Counted from the first letter of the stretch, positions 39,651 to 51,152 are shown. The stretch is DNA of 64,000 nt from Deinococcus sp. (GCA_965261005.1 OZ253375.1:2496001-2560000), one strand, 5' to 3'. Notes: generated from the sequence alone by a model not told the origin. Made by a program: numbers and translations.

Positions 39651-40706
39651 TTACGGCCGCCAGCCCTCGACGCTGGCGCCGCCGAACACCACGCGCCGCA
39701 GCTCCGGCGAGAAAAAGGCCCGGTCCGTCGCGCTGACCTCATTCAGCGCCTCCAGCTGCGCCGGCGTCAGGGTGATGTCCAGCGAGGCCAGGTTGTCCTC
39801 CAGCTGCGACAGCTTGCTGGCCCCGAGCAGGGTCGAGGTGACGCCCGGCTGGGCCACCGCCCAGGCCAGCGCCACCTGCGCGGGCGGGCGCCCAACATCA
39901 CCGGCTACCCTTCGTAGGGTGTCCAGAATCCGCCAGTTGCGCTCGGTGAACTTGGTGAACGGCCCTTGAAACGGGTTGCTGACGCTCAGACGGCCCTGCC
40001 CGTCCGCCGCCTGCCCTTCCCGCTCGCCGCGCTGGTACTTGCCGGCCAAAAAGCCGCCCGCCAGCGGACTCCACGGCAGCAGGCCCAAGCCGCTTTCAAG
40101 GGCGGCGGGCCGGTGTTCGGTCTCCAACTCGCGGGCGACCAGCGAGTATTCCAGCTGCATGGCGACGGGGCCGGGCACGTGGTACGCCTGCGCCAGCGCC
40201 GCCGCCTTGGCGGCGTACCACGCGGGCATGTCGGAAAAGCCGAAGTAGCGAATCCTGCCCGCACGCACCAAATCGCCGAGCGTTTGCAGCACCTCCTCCA
40301 CCGGCGTCACCATGTCGTAGACGTGCAGCCAGTACAGGTCAACGTAGTCGGTACCCAGGCGCCTCAGCGATCCCTCCAGCGCCCGGTAGATGTGCTTGCG
40401 GCCGTTGCCGCCCGCGTGAGGATTGCCCTTCTCGGCGTTGAAGCCGAACTTGGTCGCCAGCACCACCTGGTCGCGCAGCTGGCGGCCCGCGATCAAGTGG
40501 CCCACCAACTCCTCGCTGCGCCCGCCGGAATACACGTCGGCCGTGTCTATGAAGTTGCCGCCCGCCCCCACGTAGGCGTCGAAGATCTGCCCGGACACCT
40601 CGTCGGACGATCCCCAGCTTCCGTTGCCGAAGGTCATGGTGCCGAGGGCCAGCGGGCTGACGATCAGGCCGGAGCGGCCCAGGGTGCGGTAATCGGTGAG
40701 GTTCAT
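39651..40706 (-). CDS. Aldo/keto reductase
   Basis: LGTMTFG, FIDTADVY, ATKFG, SLRRLGTDYVDLY, WSPLAGG. Confidence 0.93.
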   Translation of the reverse strand: MNLTDYRTLGRSGLIVSPLALGTMTFGNGSWGSSDEVSGQIFDAYVGAGGNFIDTADVYSGGRSEELVGHLIAGRQLRDQVVLATKFGFNAEKGNPHAGGNGRKHIYRALEGSLRRLGTDYVDLYWLHVYDMVTPVEEVLQTLGDLVRAGRIRYFGFSDMPAWYAAKAAALAQAYHVPGPVAMQLEYSLVARELETEHRPAALESGLGLLPWSPLAGGFLAGKYQRGEREGQAADGQGRLSVSNPFQGPFTKFTERNWRILDTLRRVAGDVGRPPAQVALAWAVAQPGVTSTLLGASKLSQLEDNLASLDITLTPAQLEALNEVSATDRAFFSPELRRVVFGGASVEGWRP

Positions 40707-40793
40707 GGGTTCTCCTATCATGTGCATAAACGTCATGCGAACAAACGATCAGTTTTGGTCGCGCTCAAGCTGCTTCACTCTAGCCCCACCCAC

Positions 40794-41603
40794 TCAAAAC
40801 CTGAGCCGGGTGTTGTCCATGCCGCCATCCACGTCGAGGACGCTGCCATGCACGAACTCCGCCTCGTCGGAAACGAGAAAACGCACGGCGTAAGCGATAT
40901 CAACGGGGCGAACCGGGCGGCCGGCGACGGTGCCGGCGGTCATGGCGTCCAGGGCCGCGCTGAAATCGGCGTTGCCCGGCGTCAACATGGCGCCTGGGGC
41001 CACCGTGTTGACCCGCACGCCCCTTGGCCCGTACTCCGCCGCCCAGTTGTGGGTCAGCTGCTCGATGGCGGCCTTGGAGGCCGTGTACATCGCGCCGTTG
41101 GCCGTCCCGATCCGGCCCATCCATGAGCTGATGTTGACGATGTGGCCCGAACCGCGCCCCGCCATGCCCGGCGCGGTGGCCCCCACCAGCACGTGCGGGG
41201 CGCGGATGTTGGTGTTGAGGATGGCGTCGAGGTCGCTGTCGGCCAGGGCCTCGGTGGGCGTCACCGGATAAACGCCCGCGTTGTTGACCAGAATGTCCAC
41301 CCGGCCCCCGAGCGCGTCAGTCGCCTCCCTGGCAAAATCGCGGAGAGCGTCATACGAGCCTGCCAGATCGGCGGAAACCGCGTGCGCCTTGCCGCCGGCC
41401 CGATTGATAGCGTCCACCACATGTTGGGCGCGGGCGGCGTCGCGGCCACTGACGACCACCTCGGCCCCCGAAGCGGCCAGCACGCGGGCGATGGCCTCGC
41501 CAATGCCGCTGGTCGAGCCGGTGACGATGGCTTTCTTGCCCATCAAACGGGTGTCCGTGGGGAGAGTAGAGAGGAGTTCTGAGTTGGTTTGTACGTTCTG
41601 CAT
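40794..41603 (-). CDS. SDR oxidoreductase
   Basis: TGSTSGIG, NNAG, YTASK, VRVNTVAPG. Confidence 0.92.
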   Translation of the reverse strand: MQNVQTNSELLSTLPTDTRLMGKKAIVTGSTSGIGEAIARVLAASGAEVVVSGRDAARAQHVVDAINRAGGKAHAVSADLAGSYDALRDFAREATDALGGRVDILVNNAGVYPVTPTEALADSDLDAILNTNIRAPHVLVGATAPGMAGRGSGHIVNISSWMGRIGTANGAMYTASKAAIEQLTHNWAAEYGPRGVRVNTVAPGAMLTPGNADFSAALDAMTAGTVAGRPVRPVDIAYAVRFLVSDEAEFVHGSVLDVDGGMDNTRLRF

Positions 41604-41724
41604 GGTGGAACCTCCGGGCAAAAGGCCATAGATGAGCGCTGTCCGCCGATCAAAGCGGTTGCGTTTCACAACCAGTTGAACCTTACCCGAACTGGTGCGA
41701 TCATGCAAGCGGTGAGGCGCGACG

Positions 41725-42132
41725 ATGGTTGAAACAATCAGGTCAGGTTGTCCGGTGAGTTTGGGTCTGGACATCTTCGGCGACAAGTGGACGCTGCTGA
41801 TCGTGCGCGACTTGATGTTTAACGGTAAGCGCCACTTCCGCGAGCTGCTGGCCTCCGACGAGGGTATCTCCTCGAACATCCTGGCCGACCGGCTGAAAAT
41901 GCTGCTGGCAGAGGGCGTTATCACCAAGGCCGGGGACCCCAGCCACGCCCAGAAAGTGATCTACAGCCTGACCGAAAAGGGCATTGCGCTGCTGCCGATC
42001 TTGGTGCAGATCAGCGAGTGGAGCTTTCAATTCCGCCCGGTGGGGCAGCAATTCTTACGTCCAACAGAAGCCGCCGACGTTGAGGCGCAGATGGCCGAAC
42101 TGCGAAACGTGCATCTGGCGCGGCCTGCTTGA
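41725..42132 (+). CDS. HxlR-family regulator
   Basis: RSGCPV, GDKWTLLIVRDL, ILADRLK, YSLTEKG. Confidence 0.92.
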   Translation: MVETIRSGCPVSLGLDIFGDKWTLLIVRDLMFNGKRHFRELLASDEGISSNILADRLKMLLAEGVITKAGDPSHAQKVIYSLTEKGIALLPILVQISEWSFQFRPVGQQFLRPTEAADVEAQMAELRNVHLARPA

Positions 42133-42226
42133 GAACACCGTCAACTGGGTTGTGGCAGGGAAGCAAACTCTTCACTCAAGTTTAAGCCGTGTGCCCGCCC
42201 TCTTGAGCGGCTGATACAACCGGCTC

Positions 42227-42925
42227 ATGACCGATAACTTGTGGCTGTGGATCTACGTGGCAGCGATGGCCCTCGGCGCGCTGACCTTTTTCGTGATGAG
42301 CCGCGACCCGAGGGGCGTGCCGCAAAGCGAGTACCTGATCGCGCTGGCAATTCCGGTGTGGTCGGGCCTGGTGTACACCGCCCTCGCGCTCGGGCAGGGC
42401 CGCGTGGAGGTGGGCGCGCAGACGACCTACTACGCCCGCTACATCGACTGGATCGTGACCACGCCGCTGTTGCTGGTCGCGCTGGCGTTCACGGCCATGC
42501 ACGGCCAGCGCAAAAACGTGCCGCTGATCCTGTCGCTGGTCTTTGCCGACGTGGTGATGATCGCCTCGGGCTTGGTGGCGGACCTGTCGGTGGGGCCGGC
42601 GCGCACGGTGTGGTTCATCAACGGCGTCGTGGCCTTTGTGGTGGCCCTCGCGCTGATCTGGGGACCACTGTACGCCGTCGCCCGCGACAATGGCGGCGGG
42701 CCGGCTGGGGTCTTTCGCACGGCCGGCGCCGTGCTGACCGTCCTGTGGTTCGCCTATCCCATCATCTGGCTGCTGGGTCCCTCGGGCGTGGGCGCCATCA
42801 GTCAGGCGGCCGAGACGGTCCTGTTCGTGATCGTGCCGATTCTGTCCAAGGTCGGCTTCAGCTTGGTGGACTTGTCCGGCCTGCGCGGTCTGCACGCGCG
42901 TGAGCGCCGGGCAGCCATGAACTGA
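42227..42925 (+). CDS. Microbial rhodopsin, xenorhodopsin/Anabaena sensory rhodopsin clade
   Basis: 7 TM; PRGVPQSEY, ARYIDWIVTTPLLL, LWFAYPIIW, GPSG, PILSKVGF (retinal Lys; Pro in place of BR D212). Confidence 0.92.
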   Translation: MTDNLWLWIYVAAMALGALTFFVMSRDPRGVPQSEYLIALAIPVWSGLVYTALALGQGRVEVGAQTTYYARYIDWIVTTPLLLVALAFTAMHGQRKNVPLILSLVFADVVMIASGLVADLSVGPARTVWFINGVVAFVVALALIWGPLYAVARDNGGGPAGVFRTAGAVLTVLWFAYPIIWLLGPSGVGAISQAAETVLFVIVPILSKVGFSLVDLSGLRGLHARERRAAMN

Positions 42926-42949
42926 ACAAAAAAAGCGACCGGGGGTGCG

Positions 42950-43197
42950 TCTCAGATAAAAGGAGAATGCTGGGATAATGCTGTACAGAAGAGCTTTTTC
43001 TCAACTCTGAAGACCGAGCTTGATCTTTTCCAGGCGCGGGGAAGCCGTGCCCAGACGCGCAACGAGGTCTTTGAGTGGATTGAGGTGTTCTACAATCGGC
43101 AACGTCGTCATTCGTCGCTGGGCTACCGGTCTCCGGTGGCCTTTGAGGAGCAAGCCTTGAGACCGAACTGACACTCCACCAAACCCTTGCAATTTCA
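42950..43197 (+). mobile_element. IS3-family remnant: transposase C-terminus and right end
   Basis: KGECWDNAVQKSFFSTLKTE...IEVFYNRQRRHSSLGYRSP, stop at 43171; ends ...ttgcaatttCA at 43197. Confidence 0.85.
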
Positions 43198-43217
43198 CCC
43201 CCACACGGACACAGGTT

Positions 43218-43493
43218 CTATATCCGCACCTCTACCACCCGCGTCACCTGCTCCCGTGATGGGGGCTGCTTGTACGTGAACTGCCCCTGGCCGGCTTTGC
43301 GTCCGCTTTGCTGGGGATCGGCTTTAGATTCCTCACGGCTGTACGGCGCCACGTACTTTTTGCCGCAGCGTTCCAACTCCTCAATCCGCTGCTTGAGTCG
43401 GGCGTTCTTTGAACGCAGGGCTTGCACTTCCCTGGTCAACGCTCGGACCAGTTCCGGCAACTCCAACACCCTCGCCTCGCTCTCCCCAGACAC
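43218..43493 (-). mobile_element. IS66-family transposase N-terminal remnant
   Basis: Coiled coil NARLKQRIEELER followed by APYSR...GRKAGQG; truncated next to the IS3 end. Confidence 0.6.
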
Positions 43494-43532
43494 GCCTTAC
43501 CTTAACTTCCTATCTCCCCCTGCGCTACCCCG

Positions 43533-44465
43533 CTAATCAAGTACGGCGGGAGCTTGTGGTACTGGGTCAAGCCACGGCAAAACCAACGCCCCAGAGAGCT
43601 TCCACAGCCGCTCCTGCGCGCCCTCGTCGGAGGCGACGCGGTTGGGCCGCGCGGGCTTTTGGTTGGCGAAGTACTTCCCGGTCACGTTCCGAACCTCCGG
43701 AGAGGTGGCGAGGTACAGGCTGGTCTGGGCGCCCCGTTGCGGGGTGAGCGCAAAGTTCCTCAGAAAGCGCAAAAAGATTTTGTCGAAACCGGTGGAACTG
43801 CCGCCAAAGCCAGAAGCGATCAGGCCCGGATGCACTGAATTGCTGGTCACGCCTGTTCCCTTGAGCTTGCGGGCCAAGGTGTTGGCGAACAGCACGTTCA
43901 TCAGCTTGCTTTGGTTGTAGGCGGCCCAGCTGAAATAGCCGGAGTTGAATTGCGGGTCGTCCCAGCGCATTCTGCCCATGTTGTTGGCCGACGAGGAGAC
44001 GCTGAGAACGCGGGCCTCGCCGCGCGCCTTGGCCGCCGCCTTCAAGCTCGGCAGCAGCAAGTCGGTAAGCAAAAAATATGCCAGGTGGTTGAAGGCGAAG
44101 GTGTACTCAAAGCCGTCCACCGTTTCGCGGCGCTCAGGGAAGATGCCGCCCGCGTTGTTGATGAGGACGTCGAGCGTGGGATGCTGGGCGAGGACTTCGA
44201 GGGCGATGCGGCGCACGTCCGCCATGCTGGACAAGTCACCGACGTAGAGTTCCAGCGCGCCGTTCCCCGTCTGCGCCCGGATTTCGTCCAGCACCTGCCG
44301 ACCCTTTGCGGCGTCGCGGGAAGTCAGGAGCACCCGGCAGCCCTGCCGCGCGAGTTCCAACGCCGTAACTTTGCCGATGCCGCCCGTCGCGCCGGTGACG
44401 AGGGCGGTCTTTTGCGAAACCGAAGTCCCACTGCCTTGAGCCAAATTCCGTGTCTGGTCGCGCAT
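43533..44465 (-). CDS. SDR oxidoreductase (retinol-dehydrogenase-like subclass)
   Basis: TGATGGIG, NNAG, TVDGFEYTFAFNHL, YNQSK, VHPG. Confidence 0.9.
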   Translation of the reverse strand: MRDQTRNLAQGSGTSVSQKTALVTGATGGIGKVTALELARQGCRVLLTSRDAAKGRQVLDEIRAQTGNGALELYVGDLSSMADVRRIALEVLAQHPTLDVLINNAGGIFPERRETVDGFEYTFAFNHLAYFLLTDLLLPSLKAAAKARGEARVLSVSSSANNMGRMRWDDPQFNSGYFSWAAYNQSKLMNVLFANTLARKLKGTGVTSNSVHPGLIASGFGGSSTGFDKIFLRFLRNFALTPQRGAQTSLYLATSPEVRNVTGKYFANQKPARPNRVASDEGAQERLWKLSGALVLPWLDPVPQAPAVLD

Positions 44466-44494
44466 CGCTCAACCTCCCTATTGACTTCATAAAC

Positions 44495-44576
44495 AACCGG
44501 TTGGTTGCTGAGACCAAGGATAAGGCGTGGCGTGGCTCAATGTCAAGTAACCGGTTGGTTGAATCTACCAACCTGT
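44495..44576. promoter_or_regulatory. Probable TetR operator repeats
   Basis: aaccggttggttg at 44495-44507 and 44549-44561, plus a degenerate inverted copy near 44568. Confidence 0.6.
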
Positions 44577-44587
44577 ATATTGAGGCC

Positions 44588-45145
44588 GTGAAACGCGACG
44601 CCCAAGCCACCAAGCAGCGCATTTTCGAGGCGGCCACGGCGGAGTTTGCCCGGTACGGCATTGCCGGGGCGCGAATCGACCGAATTGCCAAGGCTTCTGG
44701 CAGCAACAAGGCCATGATCTACGCTTATTTCGGCAGCAAGGACGAACTGTTCGATGCGGTGGGCCTGGAGCAGCTCGGTCGCCACATGAACGACGTGCCC
44801 CTCGATGTCCACGATTTGCCGGAGTACGCCGCCAAGCTGGTTGACCATTACCGCCAGCACCCGGACATCATGCGGCTGGTCACCTGGGCCAAGCTGGAGC
44901 GCGGGCCGGAAGCCGCCAACATCAACGGCATCGTGGAGTCGTACCAGCGCAAGGTCGAGGCGATTGCCCAGGCCCAGCGTGAAGGCGTGGTCAGCGACCA
45001 CTTTTCGGCAGTGATGCTGCTGGAGTTGATTTCGGCGCTCGTCCAGACCAACGCCGACCTGAGCGCCGACCCCACTGATCCCGCCGAGCCGCAGCGGCGC
45101 AAGCAGGCCGTCAAGGAGGCGGTGACGCTGCTCACACGACCATAA
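44588..45145 (+). CDS. TetR-family regulator
   Basis: IFEAATAEFARYG, IDRIAKASG, MIYAYFGSKDELF. Confidence 0.92.
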   Translation: MKRDAQATKQRIFEAATAEFARYGIAGARIDRIAKASGSNKAMIYAYFGSKDELFDAVGLEQLGRHMNDVPLDVHDLPEYAAKLVDHYRQHPDIMRLVTWAKLERGPEAANINGIVESYQRKVEAIAQAQREGVVSDHFSAVMLLELISALVQTNADLSADPTDPAEPQRRKQAVKEAVTLLTRP

Positions 45146-45215
45146 GCCCTGCCTCGAATGGACCAGCCGAAGAAGGTTGCACTCCCCCCGGCCAGGCGCT
45201 ACCTTACTCGGTGCT

Positions 45216-45307
<92 letters not shown>

Positions 45308-45308
45308 A

Positions 45309-45334
45309 AGGGCGCCCCGACTGCGGGGCGCCCT
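45309..45334. terminator. Hairpin terminator after the tRNA
   Basis: agggcgccccg / cggggcgccct inverted repeat. Confidence 0.65.
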
Positions 45335-45338
45335 CACT

Positions 45339-45929
45339 TCACCGTGCCATCCCCTGGTACTCCTCGTTCGGCACCAGGGCGGTGGCGTTGGCGAGGCGGT
45401 TGGTGAAGTTGAACATGGCGGCGACCTGGGCCACGTCGAAGATGCCCTCGTCGGTCAGGCCGGCCGCGTGCAGGGCGTCCAAGTCCTCGGGCGTCACCTT
45501 GTCCGAGTCGGTGGTCAGCTTGAGGGCGAAGGCGAGGACGGCGCGCTCCAGCGGGGAGAAGCGCTGATCGTGCAGGGCGTGGTAGGGGTTGCTTTGGAGG
45601 GCGTGGGCCAGGTGGGGGTCGCGGCCCTCCTCCTGGAGGGCCAGGCGCAAAAAGGCCGGGTGGGTGGTGCCGCAGTACACGCAGCGGTTGACGCTGGACA
45701 CGGCCACCGCGATCATCTCGCGCTGGGCGCGGGTCAGGGCGGACTCGCCCTGCATGATCAGGTCGTAGTGGGCGCGCCAGCGGACCAGCGCCTCCGGCCG
45801 CAGCGCCCAGCCGCGCAGGACGTTGGGCACGAAACCGAACTTCTCCTCGGCGGTGTTCATCAAGCTCTGGGCGTCCTCGGGAAGGTCGGCGCGCTCGGGC
45901 ACGGTCAGGGCAGAGATGGGATGGGTCAT
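45339..45929 (-). CDS. Peroxidase-related AhpD/CMD-family enzyme
   Basis: GFVPNV, REMIAVAVSSVNRCVYC, FNFTNRLA. Confidence 0.9.
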   Translation of the reverse strand: MTHPISALTVPERADLPEDAQSLMNTAEEKFGFVPNVLRGWALRPEALVRWRAHYDLIMQGESALTRAQREMIAVAVSSVNRCVYCGTTHPAFLRLALQEEGRDPHLAHALQSNPYHALHDQRFSPLERAVLAFALKLTTDSDKVTPEDLDALHAAGLTDEGIFDVAQVAAMFNFTNRLANATALVPNEEYQGMAR

Positions 45930-46014
45930 GGCCCCACTATGCCGCGCCAAGCTGGCACATTTATAAAGAGGCTTTTATCTAGAACTCACACTGTTTTTAT
46001 GCGACAGTGAGGAC

Positions 46015-46563
46015 ATGTGGCGTCTTACCTTCGTTTCGCTTCTGCTGCTGGGCATGGCGGGGGCCGCGCCGCCTCGCGCCTACCTGCCGGGCCTCGCCTA
46101 CGCCCATCAGACCTACAACAACTGCGGCCCGGCGGCCCTGAGCAGCGTGCTGGGCTACTACAAGCTGAACGTCAGCCAGGAGGTGCTGCGCCAATACCTG
46201 CGCCCGGCCGGGGGCTACATGACAGCGGACGTGATTGACCCCTTCGTGCGGCAGTTCGGCTTGCGGGCGACGCGCTTCGCCAATGGCAACGTGGGCGCGG
46301 TGAAGCGGCTGGTGGGGGCGGGCATTCCGGTGATCGTGTTGCAGTGGCTGGGTCGCGCGACGGGCGACGTGCCCCACTTCCGGGTGGTGCGCGGCTACGA
46401 CGACGCGGCCGGCGTGCTGTGGGTGGCCGACAGCATGATCGCCGAGAACGCCTACGTGTCCTATGCCGACTTCGACACCCTCTGGAACACCCAGGGGCGC
46501 CTGATGATCCCGGTGTATCCGGCGGGCGACGAGGCGCGGGTGCGCCGGCTGGTCGGGCTTTAA
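46015..46563 (+). CDS. Exported C39-like cysteine peptidase
   Basis: Signal peptide; QTYNNCGPA, HFRVVRGYD. Confidence 0.82.
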   Translation: MWRLTFVSLLLLGMAGAAPPRAYLPGLAYAHQTYNNCGPAALSSVLGYYKLNVSQEVLRQYLRPAGGYMTADVIDPFVRQFGLRATRFANGNVGAVKRLVGAGIPVIVLQWLGRATGDVPHFRVVRGYDDAAGVLWVADSMIAENAYVSYADFDTLWNTQGRLMIPVYPAGDEARVRRLVGL

Positions 46564-46667
46564 AGAGCGTTCACAACAGGCCGCAAAGGTGGGCCGGGCG
46601 ACCCCGCCCGGCCTACTCCTTTGGGTAGATTGGCGGGAAGGCCGCCAAAGCGGCGAAAGGAGCGAGC

Positions 46668-48236
<1,569 letters not shown>

Positions 48237-48314
48237 GCGGAGGACGAGGCTACATGGCGGGCCGTCTCAGGACGGCCCGCAACTTTCCCGCCATTCGCGC
48301 GTATACAGTGGCGT

Positions 48315-48869
48315 ATGCTTCCCCTCGTTCAGCAGGTGCTCCAGAACTTTCGCTTCGACATTGACCCGGCCAAGACCCGCGAGGAGAACGTCGAGGACGT
48401 GATCAAGTCCTCGGCGCTGCTGGCGGGCGCCATCGCCGTCGAGCCGATTCCCTTTGCCGACGTGCTGCTGATCACCCCCGTGCAGGCCAAGATGGTGCTG
48501 CACATCGGCAAAATTTACGGCTTCGAGCTGGACCCCGCCCGCGCCGCCGAGATCGTGCGCGAACTCGGCGCGACGGTCGCCTACGGCTTCGCGGCCCGCC
48601 AGATCATGCGCGGCGTCGCCAAGATCGTGGCGCCAATCATCGGCGGCGTGATCACCGCGCCGCTGGTGTACGGCTGGACCTTCGGCCTCGGCCGCTTGGC
48701 CGAGCGCTACTTTCAGCGCAAGACCCAGGGCCTGACCTTTACCAAGGTCGAGCAGAAGCAGTACGCCCGCCAAGCGCTGCCGAAGGAGACGCCCAGCGTG
48801 AACGCCCTGAGCGACTTCGCGCGCGAGCTGCGCGCCCGCGCCGAGAAGCGCGACAAGGACGTGAACTGA
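48315..48869 (+). CDS. DUF697/YcjF-family protein
   Basis: [27 protein letters not shown]. Confidence 0.8.
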   Translation: MLPLVQQVLQNFRFDIDPAKTREENVEDVIKSSALLAGAIAVEPIPFADVLLITPVQAKMVLHIGKIYGFELDPARAAEIVRELGATVAYGFAARQIMRGVAKIVAPIIGGVITAPLVYGWTFGLGRLAERYFQRKTQGLTFTKVEQKQYARQALPKETPSVNALSDFARELRARAEKRDKDVN

Positions 48870-48959
48870 GCCGACAGGGCTTTGAGCCGGCCCTGAAAAG
48901 TGTAGGCGGCTTTACACATTTCTCATCGAAGAGTCCCGGTCAGCTTTCAGACTGGGCTT

Positions 48960-49490
48960 ATGAAACACCTTTTATTTCCGACGACCGCCCAAGCCGACGC
49001 CTTCGTTCAAGACCTGCAATCGCAGGGCGTGATTCGCCCCGAGCAGGGGCAGAGCACCTTCGCCCGCCAAGGTACGCCGACCACGGGCATGACGTCCACC
49101 GGCGGCATGAGCACCACGTCCAGGGACGCCGCCTACAACACGGCTGACCCCGCCGCCGAGGAGGCGGGCGAGGGCGCCGTTGAAGGTACCGGCGTCGGCG
49201 CGGTGGTCGGCGCGGTCGCGGGCGTGATCGCCACGGCGGCCACCGGCGGCGCGGCGGCCATTCCGATTCTGCTCGGCATGACCGCCCTCGGCTCAGGCGT
49301 GGGCGCGGGCGTGGGCGCCATTGGCGGCGCGGTGGACGCCGACGCGGACGGCTACACCTACACCGACGACCAGTACGACCGCATCAACAACGGCATGGCC
49401 TCGGGTGGGCGCGCCATCGCCGTGGACGACTCAGTGCCGGCGGACGTGGTCGAGGCCGCCGCCCGCAGGCACGGGGGCGAGTTCGTTTAA
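48960..49490 (+). CDS. Glycine-zipper general-stress-like protein
   Basis: GAVEGTGVGAVVGAVAG...GAGVGAIGG hydrophobic hairpin. Confidence 0.7.
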   Translation: MKHLLFPTTAQADAFVQDLQSQGVIRPEQGQSTFARQGTPTTGMTSTGGMSTTSRDAAYNTADPAAEEAGEGAVEGTGVGAVVGAVAGVIATAATGGAAAIPILLGMTALGSGVGAGVGAIGGAVDADADGYTYTDDQYDRINNGMASGGRAIAVDDSVPADVVEAAARRHGGEFV

Positions 49491-49505
49491 AAAAACTTCA
49501 GGTGG

Positions 49506-49540
49506 GGCCGGGACGAAGAACATTCGTCCCGGTCTTTTTT
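49506..49540 (+). terminator. Intrinsic terminator
   Basis: ggccgggacgaa / ttcgtcccggtc followed by a T run. Confidence 0.75.
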
Positions 49541-50486
49541 AGGGATTGGCGGCGCCGCGCTCTCCCAGCAGCTCGAAGGTCACGCTGCCGGCCAGCGTTT
49601 CCCCCGGCGCCAGCGCCGTGAAGCCGGTGCCCGGCACGCCCGCCTCGTGCAGGTTGAAAGCGTTGGTGGCGTGGCTGACCGGCTCGACGGCCAAGCTGCC
49701 GTCCGGCGCCGTGAACACGACCAGGTGTGAAAAGACCGGGCTGGCGCGCAGGACCAGCTGGTAAGGGGCGCCGTAACCGAGCGTCACCGCGCCCCCAGCG
49801 TCCCCGTAGCCGGTGTTGAGCTGCTGAGCGCCGACGGGCCGCCCCCGCGTGAAGTCGAGGTCGCTCGGGATGGCCTGCATCGGTCCCTCAGGAATAAAGC
49901 TGTCGTCCGTGGGGTAGAAGCCGCCCGCCTCAAAGGCGAGGTCCACGTCCCGCGCCCCCGCGAAGTGCCGGTTGAAGTAGGGATGCAGCCCGAAGCCGAA
50001 GGGGGCGCGCACGGCGTCCAGGTTGGTCAGTGCGAGCGTCTGGGTCAGGGTGTTGTGCGCCAATAGGTAGGTTGTCCTGAGGGAAAAGGCAAAGGGGTAG
50101 TTGAGGTCCGGCGCGGCGCGCGAATCGAAGGTGTACTCGGCGCGCGTCCCCGACACGTCCAGCGTCTCGTGCGGACGGTTCCGCACGTCGCCGTGCTGGG
50201 TGGTGCCGTCTGGCGCGGTGGGGCGCAGGCGGTACTCGCGCCCCTCCCAGCGAAAGGCCGCTCCCGGCAGGCGGTTGCTGAAGGGCGCCAGCGTGAAGCT
50301 CGCCAGCGGCGAGGCGCTGTGAGCAGCCAAGGCTCCCGCCAACATCTCGGGGCTGGTGTGGCGCAGCAGGGATTGCCACGCGCCGTTCACCCGCGCGGCG
50401 AGGTTGACCACGCTGGCGCCCAGCTCCGGGCAGAGTTCCAGTCGTAAACTTGGGGTTTCGAGCAGGTGCAAATTGGGGGCGGGCAT
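49539..50486 (-). CDS. Aldose 1-epimerase family protein
   Basis: PFSNR, QHG, GLHPYF, AVEPVS. Confidence 0.88.
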   Translation of the reverse strand: MPAPNLHLLETPSLRLELCPELGASVVNLAARVNGAWQSLLRHTSPEMLAGALAAHSASPLASFTLAPFSNRLPGAAFRWEGREYRLRPTAPDGTTQHGDVRNRPHETLDVSGTRAEYTFDSRAAPDLNYPFAFSLRTTYLLAHNTLTQTLALTNLDAVRAPFGFGLHPYFNRHFAGARDVDLAFEAGGFYPTDDSFIPEGPMQAIPSDLDFTRGRPVGAQQLNTGYGDAGGAVTLGYGAPYQLVLRASPVFSHLVVFTAPDGSLAVEPVSHATNAFNLHEAGVPGTGFTALAPGETLAGSVTFELLGERGAANP

Positions 50487-50538
50487 GCCCAGATGCTACC
50501 CGGCTTGGTGGGTTGGGCGGCTTGGGGCACAATGCGCT

Positions 50539-50691
50539 ATGCAGAGCGTTTCCTCAGACGAAAGCGCCGCCCACGCGCTGCTGCACTCACTGATCCCCCT
50601 CAGCTTTCTGGGCCTGACCGTGATTCCGAGCCTGAAGCTGACGCCGGACGATCTGTTTGACGTGGGGGCGGGGGGATTCCTGGGCACGTGA
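50539..50691 (+). CDS. Possible 50-aa small protein
   Basis: CACAAT 5 nt before the ATG; GC3-rich codons; followed by a palindrome. Confidence 0.35.
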   Translation: MQSVSSDESAAHALLHSLIPLSFLGLTVIPSLKLTPDDLFDVGAGGFLGT

Positions 50692-50718
50692 GGGCGATCT
50701 CAACGGTTGGAAAATCCG

Positions 50719-50747
50719 GTAGGGGAGGGTTTCAAACCCTCCCCTAC
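50719..50747. repeat. GTAG-capped perfect palindrome (REP-like or bidirectional terminator)
   Basis: GTAGGGGAGGGTTT-C-AAACCCTCCCCTAC. Confidence 0.6.
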
Positions 50748-50771
50748 GCCCGCGTGTTCGGTTTGGGACCC

Positions 50772-51152
50772 TTACTTCTCGCCCTCTAATTTATGATCCC
50801 GTTTCGGGCCGCCGTCGAAGCCGCCCGAGCCGCCCACGCGCGGCCCCCGCACCTCGCCCCCCGCGTCGTCGTTGGGGTCGGCCAGACGGGCGGTGCTGTC
50901 CTCGGGACCCTCGCCGGTCACCACGCTGAAGTCGGAGATGCTGCCCTGAATGCCGTCTTGAAAGCCCGGCTCGTCGTTGACATTGGTCATCTCGGTGTTT
51001 TCTTCCATGCGGTACAGGCGCGCGTTCTCGAAGATTTCCTCACGGATTTCTCCCGGCACGCCCTCGTCCACGATCATGCCCATGCCCTCCTGCTGGATGC
51101 GGGCCTCGTCGGGGCTTTGCGGATTCTCCGTCTGGTCGTCCTGGTCGGTCAT
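50772..51152 (-). CDS. Acidic hypothetical protein
   Basis: 126-aa D/E-rich ORF with host-like codon usage; TAGACT upstream. Confidence 0.7.
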   Translation of the reverse strand: MTDQDDQTENPQSPDEARIQQEGMGMIVDEGVPGEIREEIFENARLYRMEENTEMTNVNDEPGFQDGIQGSISDFSVVTGEGPEDSTARLADPNDDAGGEVRGPRVGGSGGFDGGPKRDHKLEGEK

